From Capsulimonadaceae bacterium (lineage in GTDB: Bacteria > Armatimonadota > Armatimonadia > Armatimonadales > Capsulimonadaceae): DNA of 64,000 bases. This document shows, in pieces, positions 38,994-49,700 of the stretch. The DNA lies in contig OZ244065.1 of NCBI GenBank assembly GCA_965215505.1, positions 992,001 to 1,056,000 of the forward strand. Direction: 5' to 3'. Each line of letters begins with the position of its first letter. The stretch's first letter is position 1. The notes under the pieces were generated by a model. The model was not told the origin of the DNA. It was given only the letters and a program-made list of their open reading frames with translations, and made no database searches. Position numbers and translations under genes: made by a program.

Positions 38994-40202
38994 ATGATCC
39001 AGGACGTTGATGAGACTTTAAGCGCTCTGTTGTCCGCCGAACTGAGCAGGGTCCCCGGCTGCGGCATTACCGACCGGGGACAGATCACCTTCGACCCACC
39101 CGGCGTGGCGGAGGGAGCGGCGGCAGACTCGATGCGCCTCAACCTCTACCTACACGATGTTCGCGAGAACCGCTCCGTCCGTGAGAGCGGCCTGCGGCTC
39201 ACCCGGAAGCCCGGCGAGGACACGGTCGGCGTGCGCCGCCCCCCCGTCAACCTCGACCTCTCCTACCTCGTCACCGCCTACGCCGGGGGCGACGCGGCGG
39301 GGGAACACCGCCTGCTGTCGGAGGCGCTGGGCGTACTGCTCCGCTTCCAGGACGTGCCGGGAGAGTACCTGCGCGGCGTCTTGGAAGAGCAGGGCGTCAC
39401 GCTCGCCGTGGCCCAGCCGGACCACCTCGCGAGCGCCGACCCGCCCGCGCTCTGGCAGGCCCTGGGGGGGCGGATGCGGACCGCCCTCAGCCTGGTCGTC
39501 ACGGCGCAGTTCAACCCCTACGAGACGCGCTGGACCAAGGTGGTGCGCGAGATGGTGATCGGCGTCGGCCTCGGGACGCCGCCGCACGGCCCGCAGCGCC
39601 CCCTGGACGTTTCCTCCATCCGGGTCAGCGTGGCGGGCGTCGTGCTGGACCAGGGCGCGGAGGCGCCGCTGCCGGGCGCCCGCGTGGCCGTGGAGGGCTG
39701 TCCGGGGGAAGCGACCACGGACGCGGGCGGCTTCTTCTCCCTGCTCAACCTGCCGCCCGGCCCGCACACGCTCCGGGTCAGCCGCGCCGGCTACCGGAGC
39801 CGGGAGGCTCAGGTGGTCGCGCCCGCCCCAGGGCACCCCGAGCAGCTGGAGCCGTGCGTCATCACGCTGCACCCGCTGGGAGACGCCGAGCGCGCCCTGG
39901 AGGCGGCGGCGCGGGCGGCGGAGGCCCGCAGCCTGCCGGGCGTCGCCGACAAAGGCCGCCTGTACCACGCCTCCCTGTCCGGCCTGCTCCGCCGCGAGGA
40001 CGGCCTCCCCGCCGCCTATGTCTCGGTCGAGGCGGGCGGCAAGCGGACCACGACCGACGCCGACGGCATCTACTGCTTCCTCGACCTGCCCCCCGGCCCG
40101 CACACGATCACCGCCGACCTGCCGGGGGTTGGACTGCGCGAAATCACCCCCGCCTCCGCCGCCCCGAGGCAGGAAAAAACGGCCACAAAAAAATCTTCGT
40201 AA
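38994..40202 (+). CDS. eCIS Pvc16/Afp16 (DUF4255) tail terminator with carboxypeptidase-regulatory-like domains
   Basis: MIQDVDETL...ITFDPP...LNLYLHDVREN...LSYLVTAY...EHRLL; two C-terminal TTDA.G.F/Y...LPPGPHT domains. Confidence 0.88.
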   Translation: MIQDVDETLSALLSAELSRVPGCGITDRGQITFDPPGVAEGAAADSMRLNLYLHDVRENRSVRESGLRLTRKPGEDTVGVRRPPVNLDLSYLVTAYAGGDAAGEHRLLSEALGVLLRFQDVPGEYLRGVLEEQGVTLAVAQPDHLASADPPALWQALGGRMRTALSLVVTAQFNPYETRWTKVVREMVIGVGLGTPPHGPQRPLDVSSIRVSVAGVVLDQGAEAPLPGARVAVEGCPGEATTDAGGFFSLLNLPPGPHTLRVSRAGYRSREAQVVAPAPGHPEQLEPCVITLHPLGDAERALEAAARAAEARSLPGVADKGRLYHASLSGLLRREDGLPAAYVSVEAGGKRTTTDADGIYCFLDLPPGPHTITADLPGVGLREITPASAAPRQEKTATKKSS

Positions 40203-40217
40203 ACACGCCGCATGTCA

Positions 40218-40246
40218 TTGACAAAGCGTGGAAGTGGTGATACAAT
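40218..40246 (+). promoter_or_regulatory. sigma70-type promoter of the eCIS structural operon
   Basis: TTGACA-17 bp-TACAAT. Confidence 0.8.
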
Positions 40247-40252
40247 CGCCTC

Positions 40253-40668
40253 AGTGCCCCCGAGGAAGACGGCGGCACTCCCGCCAAACTCAGCACACTT
40301 AAGTACCAAGAACTCTCTGCACGACCTATCACGCTGTAAGACCTGTAAGACCCAGTCGCCTGCCCATTCCGCAAGGTTTCATACAGATCGGATTGGACAC
40401 GAGATTCCGCCGCATCCCGAAGGTGCGGCGCCCGAGTGATCCGAACTAGGTGCCGCAGTACGTTTGCCCCACCTCCCTTAAATGCTCGCCAGATGAACGC
40501 TCGCTAAGGTCCTAGCGATTCGCCGCCGCAAGGCTCGAGTCCCGGTGCCCTCCCGTAGGCCCTGACTCTGCCCTTCGCGCCCGGCGCGTCGCCTTCCCGC
40601 TCGTCCTGCCGTAGCCGTAGTTGTTTCACTGTCCAACGCTGAACTACCATCACAAAGGAGCGCCCCCC
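40253..40668 (+). ncRNA. candidate structured 5' leader RNA (~415 nt)
   Basis: Non-coding stretch between promoter and sheath RBS with many stem-loops, two with GCAA tetraloops. Confidence 0.5.
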
Positions 40669-42570
40669 ATGCCAGAGTATCTCGCCCCAGGATTGTTCGT
40701 CGAGGAGATCGACAGCGGAAGTAAACCCATCGAAGGGGTCGGCACCAACACGGCCGCCTTCATCGGCTACGCCAAGAGCGGGCCGTTCAACAAGCCGACC
40801 TTCATCAGCGACTGGACCTCGTTCTGCCGCTGGTTCGGCGAGGAGGAAAACGGCCTCACCGCCGCGCTCTGCGCCGAGCTGGGCATGACGGTGTCCGAGG
40901 TCCGCACCGCCAAAGAGGCCTCGCGCAAGGGCTGGACCGAGTTCGCGTCGGCCGCCGTGGACAAGGCGGCAAGGGAGAAGAAGACGGCCACGGTCAAGAG
41001 CTTCCAGCAGCTCCTGAAGGACTACAAGATTGACCGCAGCGGCCTCCCGTACATGGAGGACAGCTACTTGGCGCATGCCGTCAAGGGCTACTACAACAAC
41101 GGCGGCGGGCGGGCCTACATCGTCCGCATCGCTCACCCCAACGACATGAAGGCGCTGGCGGGTAAGCCGGAGGCGGGCACCAAGCCGGTCCGGACCGAGG
41201 CCGCCCCCGCCCAGATCACGGCCGGGCCGCTCCTGCTGACCGCCCAGAAGCCGGGCGCGGCGGGCAACGACATCAAGGTCGAGGTCGAACACGCGGGCGA
41301 CGGCAATGAGTTCAAGCTCAAGATCACTCAGGGCGACGGTGCCCCCGAGATGTTCCCGCCGAACCCCAAAGACAAGCCGCTCACCCTGGAGAGCGTGGCA
41401 GAGACGATCAACCGGCACTCCAAGCTGGTCAGGCTGGAGGTGGCGAAAGACGTCGCCACCGCCGCGCGCCCCGACATGAAGGTCTTCGTGCTGGCGGGCG
41501 GGGCCGAGGCGACCGAGACGCAGCTCGCCAAGGCGTCCGGCACGACCGCCCTCGCCCCCGCCGGCTCGCCGCTCTCCAACGGGCTTGCCAGCCTGCGCGC
41601 GGACGACTTCATCGGCGACGCCGCCCAGCGCAGCGGGCTGGGCGGCCTGGTCCCCGTGGACGGCGTCAACATGATCGCCATCCCGGACCTGATGGCGGGC
41701 GTCTGGAAGCGCGAGAAGATCCTCGTGGGCGACAAGGAGGAGTTCACCGAGGAGACGCTGGTCCTGGACGACAAGCGCCGCGAGGCGATCCTCGCCGACC
41801 AGGCCGCCCTGGTCCAGCACTGCGAGCTGGCGGGCTACCGCATGGCGATCCTCGACCCGCTGCCCGGCCTTTCGCCGCAGGAGGTCAACGACGTCACGAT
41901 GGGGGTCAACTGGGGCTGTGAACACGGCCAGGCGGCCATCTACTACCCGTGGATCAAGATTGCCGACCCCGTGAACAAGGGCCAGCAGATCTTCGTGCCG
42001 CCGTCTGGCCACATGGCGGGCGTCTGGGCGCGCGTCGGCGGCGAGCGGGGCGTCCACAAGGCCCCCGCTAATGAGGCCGTCATGGGCGCGGTGGGCATGG
42101 AGGTGCAGGTCACCAAGGGCGAGCAGGAGATCCTGAACCCCAACGGCATCAACTGCATCCGCTCCTTCCCCGGCACCGGCATCCGCGTCTGGGGCGCGCG
42201 CACCCTGGCGACGCGCGGCAACCCGTCCTGGAAGTACGTCAACGTCCGGCGGCTCTTCAACTACCTCGAAGAGTCCATGGAGCAGAACCTCCAGTGGGTC
42301 GTCTTCGAGCCGAACGACATGGACCTCTGGGGCCGGGTCCGCCGCAACATCTCCGCCTTCCTCTACACCGAGTGGAAGGAGGGCAAGCTGTTCGGCGGTG
42401 CGCCGCAGGAGGCGTTCTACGTCAAGTGCGACGCCGAGACGAACCCGCAGGAGATGATCGACCTGGGCCGGCTGTACTGCGAGATCGGCGTGAACCCGGT
42501 CAAGCCCGCCGAGTTCGTCATCGTCCGCATCGGGCAGTGGTCCGGCGGCGGCAGCATGGCCGAGGCATAG
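40669..42570 (+). CDS. eCIS contractile tail sheath protein
   Basis: AAGGAG RBS; YLAPGLFVEE, AIYYPW, PPSGH.AG, RGVHKAPAN, VWGART, YVNVRR, VFEPND and PVKPAEF motifs. Confidence 0.96.
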   Translation: MPEYLAPGLFVEEIDSGSKPIEGVGTNTAAFIGYAKSGPFNKPTFISDWTSFCRWFGEEENGLTAALCAELGMTVSEVRTAKEASRKGWTEFASAAVDKAAREKKTATVKSFQQLLKDYKIDRSGLPYMEDSYLAHAVKGYYNNGGGRAYIVRIAHPNDMKALAGKPEAGTKPVRTEAAPAQITAGPLLLTAQKPGAAGNDIKVEVEHAGDGNEFKLKITQGDGAPEMFPPNPKDKPLTLESVAETINRHSKLVRLEVAKDVATAARPDMKVFVLAGGAEATETQLAKASGTTALAPAGSPLSNGLASLRADDFIGDAAQRSGLGGLVPVDGVNMIAIPDLMAGVWKREKILVGDKEEFTEETLVLDDKRREAILADQAALVQHCELAGYRMAILDPLPGLSPQEVNDVTMGVNWGCEHGQAAIYYPWIKIADPVNKGQQIFVPPSGHMAGVWARVGGERGVHKAPANEAVMGAVGMEVQVTKGEQEILNPNGINCIRSFPGTGIRVWGARTLATRGNPSWKYVNVRRLFNYLEESMEQNLQWVVFEPNDMDLWGRVRRNISAFLYTEWKEGKLFGGAPQEAFYVKCDAETNPQEMIDLGRLYCEIGVNPVKPAEFVIVRIGQWSGGGSMAEA

Positions 42571-42643
42571 CCTCCGCCCGTCTCGCCCGGCCGATCGCGG
42601 ACGCCGGGCGGGACTCTCACCCTGACACGAAAGGACAGATACC

Positions 42644-43078
42644 ATGGCAGAAGTAACCGGCGCAGTCAGTTTCTACATCGAGGTGGACGGAATCACCGAG
42701 GGCTTCTTCAAAGAGGTTTCCGGCGGCGACATTGATGTGGAAGTCATCGAGCATCGGGGGTCGGGCAAGACCGGCGAGCAGGTCATGTACAAGATCCCCG
42801 GCAACGCCAAGTACGGCAACATCACCATGCGGCGCGGCGTCACGGACGACACCAAGCTGCACGACTGGTTCCAGAAGATCCTGGACAAGGGCGTCGAGGG
42901 CAACCGCAAGAACGGCTCCCTGACCGGCTACGACAAGGCACAGAAGGAGGTCTACAAGATCAACTTCACCAACGCCTGGCCCTGCAAGGCCAAGGGCTTC
43001 GTGGTAGACGCCTCCAAGAACGAGTTCACCCTGGAAGAGTTCGAGATGTGCGTCGAGCGCATCACCCGCGCCAAGTAG
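42644..43078 (+). CDS. eCIS tail tube protein (T4 gp19-like)
   Basis: FKEVSG, KIPGNAKYGNITMRRGVT, RKNGS and NAWPCK motifs. Confidence 0.94.
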   Translation: MAEVTGAVSFYIEVDGITEGFFKEVSGGDIDVEVIEHRGSGKTGEQVMYKIPGNAKYGNITMRRGVTDDTKLHDWFQKILDKGVEGNRKNGSLTGYDKAQKEVYKINFTNAWPCKAKGFVVDASKNEFTLEEFEMCVERITRAK

Positions 43079-43127
43079 GCGAGGAGGCCGAGTAACGGAA
43101 AACAGTAACCACGGAAAACAGTAACCA

Positions 43128-43478
43128 ATGAACAAATCCGCGAAGACCGGCGGACTGCAAACCGAGTTCGACTTCACCCTGCCGCGCGGCTATGTGGACG
43201 ACGCGGGCACGCTGCATAAGCAGGGCAAGATGCGCCTGGCGACCGCCATGGACGAGATTGCCCCGCTGCGCGACCCGCGCGTGCGCGCCAACCAGGCCTA
43301 CCTGGTCATCATCCTGCTCACCCGCGTCATCACCGCGCTGGGCACGGTCGAGGCCATCGACACGAGCGTCGTCGAGAACTTCTTCTCGGCGGACCTGGGC
43401 TACCTCCAGGACTTCTACCGCAAGATCAACGAACTCACCCCCGAGGACGGCTCGGAGGATGCCGACTCGGGGGAATAG
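43128..43478 (+). CDS. eCIS tail assembly chaperone-like protein
   Basis: TEFDFTLPRGYVDD.G.LH..G.MRLATA.DEI...DL.YLQDFY; located right after the tube gene. Confidence 0.85.
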   Translation: MNKSAKTGGLQTEFDFTLPRGYVDDAGTLHKQGKMRLATAMDEIAPLRDPRVRANQAYLVIILLTRVITALGTVEAIDTSVVENFFSADLGYLQDFYRKINELTPEDGSEDADSGE

Positions 43479-43636
43479 TCCGCTACCCCTCGGACCGTCT
43501 GTACGAGGAGGTAGCCTACATCGCCTACCACTTCCACTGGCCGCTCGACCGGATCCTGGAACTGGAACACGCCGAGCGGCACAAGTGGATGGAGGAGATC
43601 AGCAAGATCAACAAGCGGCTCTCCGGGGGCGACTGA
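43472..43636 (+). CDS. DUF6760-like ORF lacking a start codon (probable -1 frameshift extension of the chaperone); absent from the ORF track
   Basis: GIVRYPSDRLYEEVAYIAYHFHWPLDRILELEHAERHKWMEEISKINKRLSGGD in the -1 frame after G GGG GAA TAG. Confidence 0.85.
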   Translation, partial: GIVRYPSDRLYEEVAYIAYHFHWPLDRILELEHAERHKWMEEISKINKRLSGGD

Positions 43637-43722
43637 CGAAACGCGGCAGCAGCCGCGCTCCCGTCGTCCCCTCTTTTCCTTTTATGGAATAATGTGGTTT
43701 GGTAATCTGATAGAGGAAGGAG

Positions 43723-46700
43723 GTGAAAGACAAAGTGAAGACACAGACTCTGATTGAACAAGCGGGCATTGGAGCGGCCGGGAGAAAAGCCAGTGCGTTC
43801 GCCCACGCGCTCGGGGCGCGTTATCACGCCTACACGCAGCACCTTGACTCGGAAACTTACCAAGACCCCGCCACCCATCAATCAAGAACCTATCAGGATG
43901 GCGATCTTACCGGGCCGTATTATCCTAAGTCTGGATACCACGGGCCGCAGTCCGTGTCGCCGTGGCAGACCCTCACGGGTGCCGGAACGGTCGTGTACGT
44001 CAATGGAATGAACAACAACCTGGCCGCGCATGTGGAAGCCGCACAGGCCACAGCAGACAAAGAGAAACACCCAGTCGTCGGGGTCTTCAATGCTACAGGC
44101 ATCACTAAAGCCACGAAGCTTGCGAGCGCCGTCCTCGGCAAGACTTGGAGTGGGCGCCTCGGGACCGGCTTGGGCCTTGCTGCGGACGCGGCCCAATGCC
44201 TTTCGGATGACGAAGGTGATTTTCTTAACAACCCGGCGATCACAACCCTGGTCGAAGTACTGAAACGCGGCTCAAACCGAAACATCGTCGCACATTCCCA
44301 GGGCACACTCATTGTCACCGCCGCGTTGAGGCGGCTAAAGGACAAGGACAGCAAAAAGCGTCGAGACTTCTCCGGCTACAACATTAAGTTCTTTGGCAGT
44401 CCCGCTTCCACGCGCATCGTCGGCCCGAACTACGTCGACGACACATCCAACAACGACGACGCCGTAGCCTCCTTCGCGATGGATGGCTTGTCGCTGCTCA
44501 GGAACACGCGCCGCTTGCCGAAACTGCTGCTGGCTCAGGTCGGCATTCACACCTCCGCCTTCGGTGATAATGAACTCAGCCGCTACAACAATCGCATCCT
44601 GACGCCGGACCGCGGGAAGTTTATCGGGCCGCACAACTACGAAAATTATGAGAACGCTTCCCCCACTTTCGACGAGTTGAGCAACGGCAGGGCGCACCTC
44701 CCGTCACACACGCCTAAGCTGGAGAAGACGACTTGGCCGGCGACGCTACGCGCCCTGACCGGCTATAACGCTTGGGGGCCTGCCGCCGCCCGCAAGGCGA
44801 CTAGTGTATCACGCTCCGTTCTCTCTGGAACACTTAATGCACGGAGGTGGATCGGTTCTCGCGCACACGCTTTGAAAGACTGGGCAGGTTCGAAGGCTCA
44901 TGCGGCCTTCAGTTGGTCACGAGATACAGCCCGCGCTGCTGGCAACCGGCTTGACGGTGAAGCCCACGACTCCGGCCAGTGGATGCTTCGGAACCGGGAA
45001 TGGATCGGCGATACCCTGCACGAAGCCTCCACAGTATTTGGTGTTCTCGCCGCAGTGTTGGGTGTTACCGCCCTGGCCATTCCTCCTACGGCACCGTTTC
45101 TGGTGCCGGCGGCTCTGACGTTCGGGGCGGCGGCCGCCGCCGCGCGGGCCTGGCACAGCACCAGCCTGGCGGTCGGGACGATTGACGGCAGCGTCCGCCC
45201 GGAGGCGGCGCTGAATGAGGCGAAGTGGGCGGCCGTGGACACGGCCCTGTCGGTCGCCACCGTCAGCGTCTCCAACGCCCGCTTCATCGCGAGGGCGACG
45301 ACCGTTCCTGGGATGAAGGCCGTCGCGCCGATGCTGAACAATCCGGCGAATACGGCCGTGACGCTCAACCACATCTTGCAGCAGACCAACAAGCTGTTCG
45401 GGCTGAAACTCGGCCTGATCCTGCGGAACCCGATGTTGGCTGCACGGCTCGGCTGGGTCAGCAAGGCCCTCGCCACGGCGAAGTTCGTGAAAAAATTGGT
45501 GGAGATGGGCACGTCCCGCCTCCTCCGCATCGCGCACGGTGTAGCGCACGGCATCGCGGGGGGGGCTAAGTCCGCCTGGAACTTTGCCAAGGATACGGGA
45601 ACTGGACTGCGGCATTGGGGCGAACAGAGAGCACATCAGGCCGGTGAGTTTTTCCATAACCTCAAGGAAAAGTACTACCCCTCGCCTAAGCACGACAATG
45701 CCTCGGGCAGCGCCGCGCAGGACATCGGGCAGTGCGCTACCGACAAGTTTGGCATTCTGGGAATGGGCATGCGCAACGCGGCCACCAACACACTGGCCGG
45801 GGTCATCGGACGGCATGGCAGCCCGACGGCCAAAAACAGCGAGCTGGACCTTCACGCCCATTCGCAGAGCGGCATGAGCGTCTCCGAGGCGTTCCATCCG
45901 CGGGACGGTATGAGCGTCTCCGAGGCGTTCCATCCGCAGGGCGGTATGAGCGTCTCCGAGGCGTTCCATCCGCAGGGCGGTATGAGCGTCTCCGAGGCGT
46001 TCCATCCGCGGGGCGGTATGAGCGTCTCCGAGGCGTTCCATCCGCGGGGCGGTATGAGCGTCTCCGAGGCGTTCCATCCGCGGGGCGGTATGAGCGTCTC
46101 CGAGGCGTTCCATCCGCGGGGCGGTATGAGCGTCTCCGAGGCGTTCCATCCGCGGGGCGGTATGAGCGTCTCCGAGGCGTTCCGGCAGTTGAAAGGCAAG
46201 AGGAAGGACGTGCGCGGGCCGGATGTCCCCACGTTCGGGAATGCCGCCTGGTCCCTGCCCACCCATCTGCTCGGCTACCATAACCATGCGTTCGGTTCCG
46301 GTGTCATTCCCACGCGCGGCGGCTCTACCGCGGGCATCGGGGCGCTCCTGCGGACACCATTTAATCAGTCAAATCCTTTGAACCCGTTCCTGGGCCTGCG
46401 AGGCATGGTTTCCACCCCAGATGCCCATTCGCGGGGCGGCATGAGCGTCTCCGAGGCGTTCCATCCGCAGGGCGGTATGAGCGTCTCCGAGGCGTTCCGG
46501 CAGTTGAAAGGCAAGAGGAAGGACGTGCGCGCGCTTCCTTTCCTGACCGGCCGGAAGCCGAACACTGTCTGGAGCGCACTGGATCGCGGGGTTCGCGGCG
46601 GCAGTAGCGGCTTGGAGCGTGGCCTGCGTGGAAGCGGCACGACTCTGGACACCGGCCTGCGCGGGAGGGGCCAGGACTTGGACACGGGCTGGCGCAACAG

Positions 46701-49700
46701 CGCCGCCGTCTATGGTTCCACCGCGCGCTTGGGCGGCGGGATGCTGGATCACCGCCTCAGCCGCAGCGGCTCCCGGGCCGTCAAGGCAGGGCGTTCCGGC
46801 GCGAACGCTGTGGATGACTCTTTCGATGCCGCCAAAGCCCTCCAACGCAGCGGGTATGGCGACCATCCTGACGTCAACCCCGCCGCCCTGCGCGCGGACC
46901 TCCGCAAGCAGAGCAGCGGCTTCCTCCCGGACGGCAATATCCGCGCCAGGCTCGGCGGACACCTCGGCTTCGACCCCGGCGGCGCGCGCCTGCACACCGG
47001 CCCCGCCGCCGCCGCCGCGTCCCGCCGCCTGAACGCCGAAGCCTTCACCATCGGCAACGATGTCTTCTTCGGCGAAGGCCGCTTCGACCCGCACACGCCC
47101 AAGGGCCTGGGCCTGATCGCCCACGAACTCACCCACGTCGGCCAGCAGACCGGCACGACCGGCAGCAAGGCCCGCTTCTTCAGCGAGGCGGGCGGCGACC
47201 AGATGGAGCGCGAGGCCCAGCAAACCGCAGAACACGTCCTCGCGAACGCCGGAAGCCGCAGCGGCCTATTCGTGGAAGACTACGTCCGCGAGTACGAGGG
47301 CGACGGCGGGCTGACCCAGGCCGACCAGTTGCGGCTGGACCGCATCTCGGTCATGGCGCTGGCCGAGGCGCAGCGGATGCTGGCGAGTCAGGGGATGCAC
47401 GGGAGCGTCAACGCGGACGCGCTGGACGTGGAGGTCGAGATTGACCTCGGCGAGATGAGCGACGGGGAAGCGGCACGGGCGTGGGCGGGAGTGATTGTGG
47501 CGGGTGTCAGTCAGAGCGCCCGGCCGGGTGGCACGTTCACGGAGCCATCGCGCCCACATCTCGCCCGAAAAGAGCTGGACTGGGACTGGAGCAGCACGGT
47601 CGCGCCGCAGGACTGGAAGTACTCCGACCGCATCATCTGGAATGACACGCCCGGTGGAGTCGCCGGAAGGCCGGACAACACGTTCATCAAGGCTGCGGTA
47701 TACAACACAAAAGCACTTGATCCCAGTCAGTATGCCACGATTGGACAGCGCAGCAACTATTACGAGGTCATGAGCAACATCATCCAGCAAAACCCGGCAT
47801 GCAAAGACGTGAAGTTCTTCGATGCGGCGGCCCAGGTCACCAATGCCCGGAGCGTGGGCGCCGTCGAGCATTTCTGGGGGAGCGGTTTCGGCAGCGGGCC
47901 GCTCGCGCTCCGCGGCCCGCAGGCGAAATCTATTTACACCGATGTCAATGCTGAACTATTCACGGCAAACATGGGTGTCATCAACAGCTTGCTATACCGA
48001 ACAAAAGTGCCGACAAGCCCACTCGTTCCCGGCTCGACCACCCCCATCTCTGCCACGGCATTTGATCTTGAGATGGTTGAAAAAGAGCAGGGAATTGTTG
48101 AGACTCACCTCGCAAAATACAAGGCCACATTCTCACCAAAGACGATCGCGGAAATCAACCGTGATCTGAACTATAAAGGGGTTTATCGTACCATCGGCGA
48201 GATCACGTTCTGGCCGCTTGGTGACGCGAAGGCAAGCTACTGGGCAAAAGCGGCTCTGGGTGTGGGCGACCTGGACTTTTTCAACCAGACGCACAGGATC
48301 GCCATCGGGAAGGCGAAGGTCTTCGGCCTGCACGGCCTGACCGAGAAAGACTACGCCGCTCACATTCATAGCGCCACCACGCCGTCGTCCGCAGGAGCGG
48401 CAAGTTTATCCACCGCCGGGACACCCGTTGTTCCGCCACAGCGCAGGGCGCTGTCAGGAGCGCCGGCCGATCCAGGCCGATCGGAACGCGCGGCGCAGGC
48501 TGTGGAAGCGCAGGCCACGGCGAGCGCGTTCGCCGACATGCCCTCACGTTCCCTGATGGCAACCCAGTTCGGCTTCCAGCCCTTGCGCTCCCAGGCTTAC
48601 GGCACACTCGAACGGGAGGCCGAACATGTGTCTGCCGCCGTGAGGAGCAACGAACCTCATGCCGCGCCCGCGCTTTCGGCCGCCCCATTGGGCATCCAGA
48701 ATTACGACACTTATGAGCATGTAAAGTTTGGCGGGGAGCCTGGGAACCAGCGGATGGTCACGATCAATGGCGTCGTGGTTTCCTATGGGGAGCTGATCTC
48801 CATGGGTGATTTCTTTGAGAACCCGGACCAGATTTACGACACCCCCCCGGCTCAACTCAAAGCGCTGGTGGAAATGATCCGGCGCCAGGTGGCCGATCCG
48901 AAATCCGTGACCGACAGTGACTGGGCTAAAGTCTCGCCGCGCTACCTCGACCTCGCGACCAAAAACGATGCCCATTTCGCGCCCTCTAATCCTTCGCTGG
49001 TGGCACCTGGCGGCAGCCCCGGCCCGGACCACCGCCAAACCTGGGAACGCCTGCACAAACAGGCGTTGGACCTGGCTCAGGATGGCCAGCCGGACCGGGC
49101 GCTGGCGACCAACGCATTCGGCGATCACTTCCTCACGGATGCGTTCGCGACAGGCCACCTGATCAACAAGGGGGATGTCATGGCAAGGTTCCGGTCCCGA
49201 TTCGCCGACTCGAACACGCGCGCGAGTTTCTTTAAGGCTGTGGCCCGGAACGTCTGGGCGGACTCCTCTGTCGCGGCCTACGTCTCACAGTATGAGACCG
49301 GCGAACCTTACATGCTGGGCTGGCACCCGAACATCGACAGTGCGAGCCGATTCTCCGAGTTCCTCAGTGAAGTTTACAAAGCCCAGCCGGACGTGATCGA
49401 CAACGCAGTGGTCAAAATTATCCATGACCGCCTGAATGACACGGTGGGCGGGCTGGAAGTGCATAACGCGGCGGGACAACTTTGGCATCTTTCCGGTGAC
49501 GACACTCTCAACAGCGAGAGTCTGGATATGGGGCGGCGCGCTGTGGATCAGTCGCAGAAAAACATCTTAGGCATCAATTCCAGTCGTGTTCCCTCGCCTG
49601 GAAGTAAAAATGGCAAGGGATACACGGGAGACCTACAGCCGTTGTACAAAAAGGTATGGAACTACTGTCCAATCCCGACCGATGCCAGCGTCAAGGCGAT

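Noticed and set aside
40395-40445. Glycine riboswitch (GAGA...CCGAAGG)
   Set aside because: The motif order and the downstream CTYTCAGG are absent.
40455-40475. c-di-GMP-I riboswitch (GGGCAAAC on the minus strand)
   Set aside because: Wrong strand for the operon, and the following GNRA stem and GACGCAAAG elements are missing.
45868-46183. 36-bp repeats as a CRISPR array
   Set aside because: The units are head-to-tail with no spacers, are in frame inside a CDS, and no cas genes are present.
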